This document shows positions 19,404 to 26,655 of a DNA stretch of 64,000 nt, one piece after another. The stretch spans positions 42,163 to 106,162 of the forward strand of contig JAVZVY010000001.1 in assembly GCA_038878295.1 (NCBI GenBank), written 5' to 3'. The DNA comes from Candidatus Micrarchaeaceae archaeon. GTDB taxonomy: Archaea > Micrarchaeota > Micrarchaeia > Micrarchaeales > CABMGC01. Both the position numbers and the translations under genes were made by a program. Below the pieces are notes generated by a model. It was given only the letters and a program-made list of their open reading frames with translations, was not told the origin of the DNA and made no database searches. Positions within the stretch are counted from its first letter, which is position 1. Every line of letters begins with the position of its first letter.

Positions 19404-20873
19404 TTAGGATGCCGTAACGTTTGCAGTTGCGTATGCGCCCTCTTCGCCAATCAGCACAACTTTATAGGTAGCTCCTGGTATTGGAGTTATGATTAAGTGG
19501 CCGTTTGCATACTCTATCTTTCCTGAAAATGAAAATGTTGCCTGGCTTCCTGGTGAAAGCACGTAGCCTACATTTCCCTCAAACATTTGATCAGAGTTGA
19601 AAGGTAGTGCAAGCGTGCCGTTAGATTCCACTATGAAGTTCAGCACGCGCATGTGCTGCTGCTCAAACTTTATCCTTTCTGCGGCCATTTCCTGGAATTT
19701 CTCAGAGAACTGGCTGACATTCAGGCCAAGCGCACTGGCATTCTGCGAAATCAGCTTCCAGTCATTGTATACGTTGCTCCAGTGATCCTCGACTTCGCCA
19801 AGGTTGCTGCTGCTGTTGACCATAATGCTGAAGTTCGCTGCCATGCTGGCATCTTCGCCTCTTAACTTGCCTGCGTATTCAGATATGTAAGCGCTTACGT
19901 TCGCCGAGCTGTTTACATCGATGCCATGTTTTTCCGCTGACTGTATGAGCGCAGATGTGGCGATTGAAACATTTGGAATATTAGCACCGAGCGCGTCAGA
20001 TATTTCAGAGATGTTAAAGTTGTATGGCTCGCCGGGATGAGATTTAAAATTGAAGCCGCCCTGATTGTCTTCGAATGGCTGCATAGGCACGATTATTTTC
20101 GAGAGAGCTATTGATTCGTTTCCGAAAAGCATAATGTGGTTTATCGTTACGCTACTATTCGAACCATCCTTGACGGTTACGGAGAATGAAGTGGTGTTGT
20201 TTGCGCCTAAGGAAAGGGATTCTGAAAGTATTGTAAGATTTGGTTTTATCTTTTCAATCTCGTGTTTGTACGTCTGAGTAAGCTTATAAACTGTTCCCGG
20301 CGCTTTAACAGATACGTTTGCTGATGGCACTACAACAGCTTTTAATGACGGCACGAGCACAAATATAGTTGAATTTGTCGAATATATTGTTACCACAGTG
20401 GGCGAAAGATCCGCAAGCAGGCTCGATGTAGCATTGACTTTGCCCTTCGCAATCACGGCATTTACCTGTTGCTTAGGTATGGTTACAGGATAGACTGTGC
20501 CATTAATTGCTATGCTCGCAGAGGTTATGTTGAACTGCACGATATTTATGCTAGAGTTTATTGGCAGATTGGCTGCACCTATAATCTCGGTAAAGTTTAC
20601 CAAACGTATTAGGTCTATAGTTCCGGAACTTGAAACATTTACCCAACCAGACGCGTTTCCTGCGCCAGTATAGTGGACGCGAAGCGAAGAGTAAGAGATG
20701 TTCAAAGAGGTTGTTCCGGTTGGCACGTATGGCGGATCCGCGAGCTGTATCGGAACAGCGATTAAGGATGAGATTACCGGTTTCGCGGGAGCGCTGGGCT
20801 GTGAAACAGCTACGTATACCACTATGCCTATTATTACAACAATCGCGATTACGTACCAAATGGCTCTGTTCAT
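19404..20873 (-). CDS. Membrane-anchored, heavily sequon-decorated surface protein (DUF4382-like N-domain)
   Basis: Start placed at ATG 20873 (MNRAIWYVIAIVVIIGIVVYVAV = signal-anchor); the ORF track extends to 20945 with a non-ATG start. More than 20 N-x-S/T sequons. Segment PIQLADPP...LRVHYTG..SGWVNV..GTIDLIRLVN resembles DUF4382 as I remember it. Confidence 0.6.
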   Translation of the reverse strand: MNRAIWYVIAIVVIIGIVVYVAVSQPSAPAKPVISSLIAVPIQLADPPYVPTGTTSLNISYSSLRVHYTGAGNASGWVNVSSSGTIDLIRLVNFTEIIGAANLPINSSINIVQFNITSASIAINGTVYPVTIPKQQVNAVIAKGKVNATSSLLADLSPTVVTIYSTNSTIFVLVPSLKAVVVPSANVSVKAPGTVYKLTQTYKHEIEKIKPNLTILSESLSLGANNTTSFSVTVKDGSNSSVTINHIMLFGNESIALSKIIVPMQPFEDNQGGFNFKSHPGEPYNFNISEISDALGANIPNVSIATSALIQSAEKHGIDVNSSANVSAYISEYAGKLRGEDASMAANFSIMVNSSSNLGEVEDHWSNVYNDWKLISQNASALGLNVSQFSEKFQEMAAERIKFEQQHMRVLNFIVESNGTLALPFNSDQMFEGNVGYVLSPGSQATFSFSGKIEYANGHLIITPIPGATYKVVLIGEEGAYATANVTAS

Positions 20874-20957
20874 CGAATCGATATATTTATGAAAAACATT
20901 AATAATGGTTCCGCTTCGCTTCGGCCGAATGGATGGCGCTCGCAAAGCTGAAAATCT

Positions 20958-21314
20958 TCAGTTGTTAGCATCTTTCGTTCTTTTGAAAAGAATTTCGAAA
21001 GAGCTTTTGTTCCCGGCTTCGATGATATTAAATTCCATTTTGTAATTATGCATGTTTTCAGCGATGTACCGGATCTCCTCTATGTGTTTATCTACCGGCA
21101 GCACGATATTCAGGTTTTTGCTATAGTCCACAATCGGATGCAGGGTAAGCATTATGGAACTAGTTTCATATAGGAATTGAAAAGTGGGAGCCTCAGAACT
21201 ATCAATAGCTTTCTTTATCCTTTCGGCTGTTGCCTCGTCTATATCGTATTTTAGATATATGTATGCTACTCCGGTGATTTTTTCTTTCTTGAATGTTGCG
21301 CCAGCCATGGCCAT
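20958..21314 (-). CDS. Hypothetical 118-aa protein, tightly linked partner of the 905-aa gene
   Basis: ATG lies 10 nt after the stop of the 21325..24042 gene, on the same strand. No motif recognised. Confidence 0.5.
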   Translation of the reverse strand: MAMAGATFKKEKITGVAYIYLKYDIDEATAERIKKAIDSSEAPTFQFLYETSSIMLTLHPIVDYSKNLNIVLPVDKHIEEIRYIAENMHNYKMEFNIIEAGNKSSFEILFKRTKDANN

Positions 21315-21324
21315 TCACAAGTTA

Positions 21325-24042
21325 TCATGATTTAACATTATGCACAACATTATTCTGAGTGGTCTTGATCGAGAAGTTTTCTTTTCTGAAAGCAGCGTAT
21401 AGCGGCTCTTCTAGCTCTCTGTTTCTTTCCAGTGTTGCTCGCAATATTGGCTTGTACGTGCTTTTGATTGTTTTGTTATTATGCAAATCGATTTCGGTTA
21501 TTGCAAATCCTCTTGTTGCATCGCTTATCGCTTGCGGAAATTCAGAGACATACGTGTTTTCGTCTTCATACTGCATTGCCGGAGTTTCAAACGTTTGAAG
21601 ATCGCCGCTTATAGTATGCTTAGGCTCGTGGTAGTGAGCCTCAAACACAGCTGCGACAGGCACACGTTTTTGCAGTATCGCTTGCGGCTTTTGTTCGAGT
21701 GCTCTGGCAAGTTTATGCTGAACCCTTATTGTATCTTCATTATCTATGTTTATGTTGCCTATGCCATAGTCTTCTCCAGTAACAACTATTACTCTGCCTT
21801 CACTTACGCCTTTGCCTTTCAGGTAGAGTTTGATTATGCCAGCTAGTTCAGTGGCCTCATCGTACTCGTGTGTTTTGTTTGTTTTATTGAAGTGATTGCC
21901 ACTGACTATCCATATATAGCCATTTTTGTTTATAGTTTCATCTATTACTGGCAAAAGTTTTTGAATTACAGATTCAGCTTGGGCACTTATGGTTTGTATG
22001 ATGCTCACTCTGTTGAAGAACTTGACAAGCTCTGCGTTTATCTGATCGCCACTTAATCCGAGCTTTTGGAGATAGTTACGATATTCGTAGAAGGTGTTTG
22101 GCAATGTAAGCTGCTGTGGCGAATTTTTGAAGTTTGCTAGGTTACCTTCTATTATGTCACCATTAAGCAGCAATATTGGAATCCTACTAGAATCCAAATT
22201 GTGTATGTACTCTTTGCCTTTTTGTACAGCTTTTTCAAGCAAATCGTTTTCGGCCCAGCCACCCTCGTGGATGTCGCTCATTGCAACCACTGCAAGTTTC
22301 TTGATGTTATTTGGAATCTCCTTAGCCGCATATGGTATAAGCTCCAATATCTGCTTTGTTGAAAGCTTCGGAATTTCGTAACTCTTTAACTCTGATGGTC
22401 TCTTTTGCTCCAGGATGAGTTTTTCCAGTTTTGGGTCTTTGACTATCTCTTCGGCTTCCGTATCTGCAGTATGACTGCTTTGCGCAGTTTTGTTTGCTTT
22501 TTTGAGTTTGATCAGTTCTGTTGCCACGGCAAGCTCTCTTTTGTCGGCTTCAATGCGTTTTATCTTTAGAAACTCGCTCGTGATTGAGGTATGCGCAACA
22601 GAGCCATCTGGAAATATATCAACTATGCTTGCTGAAGAATCTGGAGGGAGCTTTTCTACGGTTTTTGTGGTTCTTGTGATTATTTTTTGGTTATACAGCT
22701 CGCCAAGCGCTTCTCTGTCTGCAAATGTGCCTTTTGCGAGCGATACGAATATTTTTTCCCTGTCAAGATCTAAAGTTGGCTCAATGGAGAATGATGTAAA
22801 AACATTTCCGCCGCTGATGAGCATTGTTAAAGGTTTCTGCAATACTTCCCTTTTGCCTATTGTTTCAACATACTTGTAAAAGTTGTCAGCGGCTAAGGTG
22901 TTGCTATTTTTATTGTACATCTTTGATGATGTGCCTAGTATCGGCTCCGCCTTCAATGCTATTGTGAATTCAAAGCCGTTTAGCTTTTTTTCTAAAAATT
23001 TTATGTCTTTCTCTTGTATCGTGACTCTGTGCTTCCTGTCTATGTCTTTTATGAGAGAGTAATAGTCGATCTTCGCAAGATTATATATCATCTTTTCAAT
23101 GTCTGGCTTGCTTCGCACATTGTGCGTAAACGCTTCTATGTGCGCCGATCCGCGCCTTACCATTGATTCAAATTCAAGATTCCCTAACTCGCGAAGTCGC
23201 TTGTTCGCGGCTCTTATCAAGTTCGATATCGCTTTTTTTTCACTTGTAGCTTTCTGAAAGGCTTCTTCGCTGCCATTGCCATTGTTTAGGGATCTGGTCT
23301 TTTCACGCTTCTCGTCGAGCTCTTTTTTCAACTTTGCTATCATCGCTTTGAGTTTATCCTGACTTAGCCTTTCCACGTGCGCTTCCACCAGCTCTTTCAG
23401 CATCTTAGCTCTTTCCTTATATTCCGCACGCTCTGCCTCGTTGATCTTAAGCTTCTCATTTGCATTCCTGTATTCCTCGATCAACCTCTCGTCTTTTGGA
23501 TTTTTATCAATCTGCTCCCTAAGTGCCGCAATCGAAGCTTTTGTGCTTTTTATTATCGCTGATGAGGCGCTGATGCTTGTATACATCCTTTCAAGCTCAT
23601 TCTGAAGCCATTTATGCCGGTGGCTATAGGCTATGCGCAAGTCTCTTGCTATAGCCTCTATATTTTGTGAATCCGCAATTCCAGGCACAAAATATATTTC
23701 CGGATCATTAAGGGCTTTGTTTAATCTTTCAACATGCGGTTTGATTATTGCAGGCACGCTTACCATGAAGTTGATGCCCTCTTTAATCATAAGAAGTTGA
23801 CTTTCGTGCTCATATTGTGGAATCCAGGGGATAAGTCCCGAATGCCCGCCGAAGTATACAACCATGTCTGGTTTTTGCACATTAGGGTCATTGAAATATT
23901 CTGCCAGGCCTATAAAATTGTCTGGGCTGAAAGCATACGTACCGGCAAAGAGATCGGATAGAACAAGAATTCTATATGGACGCGCGCCACCCTTTACGGG
24001 CGTGTTTAGCGAAATAGGAGTTTCCGCTATTTTATCCCCCAC
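21325..24042 (-). CDS. Large coiled-coil protein with N-terminal degenerate and C-terminal intact metallophosphoesterase domains
   Basis: 905 aa, GTG start, no Cys. C-terminal motifs AMSDIH (aa 587-592), NGDIIEGN (627-634), SGNHF (714-718), EAHYHE (801-806). N-terminal look-alikes lack the ligands: ILVLSDLF (aa 25-32), YFGGHSG (63-69), VPGIAD (119-124). K/E/R/L heptad-rich segments at aa ~145-295 and ~495-560. Confidence 0.7.
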   Translation of the reverse strand: MGDKIAETPISLNTPVKGGARPYRILVLSDLFAGTYAFSPDNFIGLAEYFNDPNVQKPDMVVYFGGHSGLIPWIPQYEHESQLLMIKEGINFMVSVPAIIKPHVERLNKALNDPEIYFVPGIADSQNIEAIARDLRIAYSHRHKWLQNELERMYTSISASSAIIKSTKASIAALREQIDKNPKDERLIEEYRNANEKLKINEAERAEYKERAKMLKELVEAHVERLSQDKLKAMIAKLKKELDEKREKTRSLNNGNGSEEAFQKATSEKKAISNLIRAANKRLRELGNLEFESMVRRGSAHIEAFTHNVRSKPDIEKMIYNLAKIDYYSLIKDIDRKHRVTIQEKDIKFLEKKLNGFEFTIALKAEPILGTSSKMYNKNSNTLAADNFYKYVETIGKREVLQKPLTMLISGGNVFTSFSIEPTLDLDREKIFVSLAKGTFADREALGELYNQKIITRTTKTVEKLPPDSSASIVDIFPDGSVAHTSITSEFLKIKRIEADKRELAVATELIKLKKANKTAQSSHTADTEAEEIVKDPKLEKLILEQKRPSELKSYEIPKLSTKQILELIPYAAKEIPNNIKKLAVVAMSDIHEGGWAENDLLEKAVQKGKEYIHNLDSSRIPILLLNGDIIEGNLANFKNSPQQLTLPNTFYEYRNYLQKLGLSGDQINAELVKFFNRVSIIQTISAQAESVIQKLLPVIDETINKNGYIWIVSGNHFNKTNKTHEYDEATELAGIIKLYLKGKGVSEGRVIVVTGEDYGIGNINIDNEDTIRVQHKLARALEQKPQAILQKRVPVAAVFEAHYHEPKHTISGDLQTFETPAMQYEDENTYVSEFPQAISDATRGFAITEIDLHNNKTIKSTYKPILRATLERNRELEEPLYAAFRKENFSIKTTQNNVVHNVKS

Positions 24043-24063
24043 GCTAATACTTTGCAGAAAAAG

Positions 24064-24071
24064 TATAAAAA
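24064..24071 (-). promoter_or_regulatory. TATA box for the 905-aa gene (leaderless-type spacing)
   Basis: Minus strand reads CTTTTTATAC. The box lies 22-29 nt upstream of the GTG start at 24042, consistent with transcription starting at or next to the start codon. Confidence 0.35.
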
Positions 24072-24145
24072 GCCGTGCCGATTTGTGTGTTTATTGAATT
24101 TTATCCTGGTTTACCAGATTATACAATGCGCCTAGTCTTGCAATG

Positions 24146-24844
24146 CTATGCAGTCAGTGCGTCGAGGGCTATTTTAGCTGCGAAATTTATTTGTTTTGAC
24201 AGGTCCTTCGAACTAAGAAGCGGCGTCCTTAAGACAACATTGTCTGAAGCGACAAGAAGCGCCGCAGCTCTGACCTTTCTATACTCGGCGAGCTTGAAGA
24301 GGGCTGCTGCTTCCATTTCTACTCCTATAAATCTCCTGTCCTTTAAAATATCTTCCTCAGAATAAAATGCATTAGATGAAAATATGGGGCCTTTGAAGAA
24401 CTTTTGGCCGCTTTTTAACAGTAGTTTCTCTATCCTTGAGCTAAGTGATTTGTCTGGGTAAAAAACGGTGCTTTTGAGTTTCGGAAAATATTCCCAGAGT
24501 GTGCCACCTTTTTTGCATGATGCAGAAGTTGCTAGTATTATGTCGCCGTATTTTATCTCTCTGATCAGGCCGCCGGCTGTGCCAAGCCTTATTATGCTTC
24601 TGCCGCCATATGCGATAACCTCTTCAAGGGCTATTGCCATTGATGGCATGCCTATGCCGTGCGAGACAAGGCTTATTCTTTTCCCATTATAAGTGCCTGT
24701 ATAAACAAGAAATCTTGTTTTGTTTAAAAGCTTAGCTCCTTTGAGAAGGCGTGACAACATTTTAATTCTATCAGCATCGCCAGCAACTATTACGCGTTCT
24801 GCCATTGCGCCTTTTTTTATCTTGATGTGCTGCGGCGTAATCAT
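24146..24844 (-). CDS. Nucleoside phosphorylase (PNP/UDP family; purine/uridine/MTA phosphorylase)
   Basis: 232 aa. HGIGMPS, IIRLGTAGG, IGVEMEAAALF. Confidence 0.8.
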   Translation of the reverse strand: MITPQHIKIKKGAMAERVIVAGDADRIKMLSRLLKGAKLLNKTRFLVYTGTYNGKRISLVSHGIGMPSMAIALEEVIAYGGRSIIRLGTAGGLIREIKYGDIILATSASCKKGGTLWEYFPKLKSTVFYPDKSLSSRIEKLLLKSGQKFFKGPIFSSNAFYSEEDILKDRRFIGVEMEAAALFKLAEYRKVRAAALLVASDNVVLRTPLLSSKDLSKQINFAAKIALDALTA

Positions 24845-25737
24845 AATTTCATCTCTAACAATTCTCTAACTAATTTTATAACCATTTTGGAAGGGAAGCG
24901 GTTGCCAGTGTATAATGAGTGGCCTGCGCCTTTGATCAAGGTGACGGATACGAGATTTCTATTTTCTTTTAGGCGTTCTGCAGCTTTTCTGATAGGAATG
25001 ACCATATACTCGTCTTTTGTGCCAAAAATTGCTGCAATAGGGATGTTAATGGATTTGAACTCTCTCATGCTTCCTTTATAGTCCAGAATTCTGCCTTCGA
25101 TGCTCTTTTCATCAGCTGTACTTAGAAACCTTGATGCTGATATAGGCCACTGGCCTTTTGGCATTATCTCTTTTGGCATTATTGCATATGGATCTTTACG
25201 TTTCAGCACTTTTGCTATGCGCAAACTCCTATAGAAATCCTTTTTGTGGCGTTTGTAATTCCATATGTCATAGCTTCTGTCATCAACAGGGCTTAGAAGT
25301 ATGAGACCTTTGATTATCTTTGTTATGCGCTTTTTCCTATTTTTGTAAAGGAAGTATATGGCTTTCTGGCAGCCTGTGCTTTTGCCTATGATTATGACTT
25401 CCTTAAAACCCATCTTTTTAAGAAATGAAAGAGCACCGTATATGTCATGCGCAGAGTCTTCAAACTTTTCGAATGCTGCGCCAGCAAGTATTCTCTTGCC
25501 TGTTTCTCCAAAACTAAACTCTTCTGCAATATAGCTTCCGCGCTGCTGTATAGACAGCAGAGCTATACCTTCATTGCAAGCCGATTTTGCTATGCTCATT
25601 GCCGTAGGGGTATAGAAATTGCCGCCAAGGCCATGAAGATATAATATCGCCTTACCACTGCTTCTTTTTGGTGCAAATAACGCAGCGGCTAAGCTGATTT
25701 TGTCTTTCGCATCAAAATACACTATCTTCACTTTCAT
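24841..25737 (-). CDS. Alpha/beta-hydrolase
   Basis: 298 aa. LHGLGGNFY oxyanion region, nucleophile elbow GKSTGCQ, C-terminal GAGHS. 4-nt overlap with the downstream gene. Confidence 0.75.
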   Translation of the reverse strand: MKVKIVYFDAKDKISLAAALFAPKRSSGKAILYLHGLGGNFYTPTAMSIAKSACNEGIALLSIQQRGSYIAEEFSFGETGKRILAGAAFEKFEDSAHDIYGALSFLKKMGFKEVIIIGKSTGCQKAIYFLYKNRKKRITKIIKGLILLSPVDDRSYDIWNYKRHKKDFYRSLRIAKVLKRKDPYAIMPKEIMPKGQWPISASRFLSTADEKSIEGRILDYKGSMREFKSINIPIAAIFGTKDEYMVIPIRKAAERLKENRNLVSVTLIKGAGHSLYTGNRFPSKMVIKLVRELLEMKL

Positions 25738-25745
25738 GCGCTCAG

Positions 25746-26171
25746 CTATCTCCCATATGTTGATACAATCTTGCTTATGATTTTTCTTGTTGCAGTTAGG
25801 TCGTCTCCAACATATTTGCCTATCCTCACAACCTTTACCCTAAGCCCGCGCTTTAGGCATTCCTTTTCTATCTTCTTCTCATCGAATTTCTGATCGTAGC
25901 CGAGCGCGATAATGTCCGGTTTTACTTCTTCCACGGTTTTGAATATATCATCTTCATCGCCAAGCCTTGCAGAATCCACAACGTTCAGGACCGATATGAT
26001 TCTCAGTCTTGTGTCTTCGTTCATTAGTGGTCTGTGTTTTAGTTTTTTGGCTGTCGAATCTCTTGCCACAACAACGACAAGCTCGTCGCCAAGTTTCTTT
26101 GCTTCCTTCAGAAAGTATATGTGGCCGGGATTTATTATATCGAATACGCCTGTAGCCATCACTTTTGTCAA
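25746..26171 (-). CDS. ribL: FAD synthase RibL-like cytidylyltransferase-fold protein
   Basis: 141 aa, TTG start. GVFDIINPGHIYFLKEAKKLGDELVVVVARD closely parallels the M. jannaschii RibL N-terminus as I recall it. Confidence 0.7.
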   Translation of the reverse strand: MTKVMATGVFDIINPGHIYFLKEAKKLGDELVVVVARDSTAKKLKHRPLMNEDTRLRIISVLNVVDSARLGDEDDIFKTVEEVKPDIIALGYDQKFDEKKIEKECLKRGLRVKVVRIGKYVGDDLTATRKIISKIVSTYGR

Positions 26172-26196
26172 GAGCTCACTTCGTTAGAGATTAAGG

Positions 26197-26269
26197 CGCC
26201 TCGGTCGGGATTCGAACCCGAGTCGCAAGCGTGACAGGCTCGCATGCTGGACCACTACACTACCGAGGC
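26197..26269 (-). tRNA. tRNA-Asp(GUC)
   Basis: Minus strand: GCCTCGG TA GTGT AGTGGTCCA GCAT G CGAGC CTGTCAC GCTTG CGAC TCGGG TTCGAAT CCCGA CCGAGGC G. Full cloverleaf, no intron. Confidence 0.92.
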
Positions 26270-26276
26270 ATCAGCC

Positions 26277-26492
26277 TTATCTCTTAAAATTTCTTATCTT
26301 CTTCTGAAGGTAGGTTTTTCTTATGTCCTCATGAAGGTTGTTAACTGAAATGCTTCTATCGCGCATCAAGCTTTTAATGCTGCACTGTTCCGCAATCTCC
26401 TTTGCAAATGCATATGCAGCCAGTATACCAAATGCTACTGCTGTGCCTATATATATGTAATCATTGAGCTGCAGTATTGATATTATTTCCAT
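26277..26492 (-). CDS. Small single-pass membrane protein (71 aa)
   Basis: One hydrophobic helix (IYIGTAVAFGILAAYAFA) followed by a basic tail. Located between two tRNA genes. Confidence 0.4.
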   Translation of the reverse strand: MEIISILQLNDYIYIGTAVAFGILAAYAFAKEIAEQCSIKSLMRDRSISVNNLHEDIRKTYLQKKIRNFKR

Positions 26493-26524
26493 TGCATTGC
26501 TTCATTGCCTTCAATCATTATGAA

Positions 26525-26612
26525 TCCCGTTGGGGTGAATTGAACACCCAACCTGCCGGTAACCACTCAAGCAAGCTACAGCCGGCCGCTCTAGCCATTG
26601 AGCTACAACGGG
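26525..26612 (-). tRNA. tRNA-Tyr(GUA) with a 15-nt canonical intron
   Basis: Minus strand. Acceptor CCCGTTG/CAACGGG, with the C1:G72 pair expected for archaeal tRNA-Tyr. D-arm GCTC..GAGC. Anticodon stem GCCGG/CCGGC, loop CTGTAG|intron|A. T-arm GGGTG-TTCAATT-CACCC. Discriminator A. Confidence 0.85.
26561..26575 (-). other. tRNA-Tyr intron (15 nt)
   Basis: CTTGCTTGAGTGGTT inserted after G37. The central helix CTGT/GTGG is mostly G:U, so the BHB is weak. Confidence 0.6.
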
Positions 26613-26655
26613 CTAACGCACATATTTATTATATTTATAGATAGCTATAAAAATT

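Noticed and set aside
19204-24145. Possible integrated element using tRNA-Ser as the attachment site
   Set aside because: No integrase or recombinase gene is present. I found no direct repeat of the tRNA 3' end at the far boundary. The unknown genes lie upstream (5') of the tRNA rather than downstream of its 3' end. This is kept only as a possible accessory operon.
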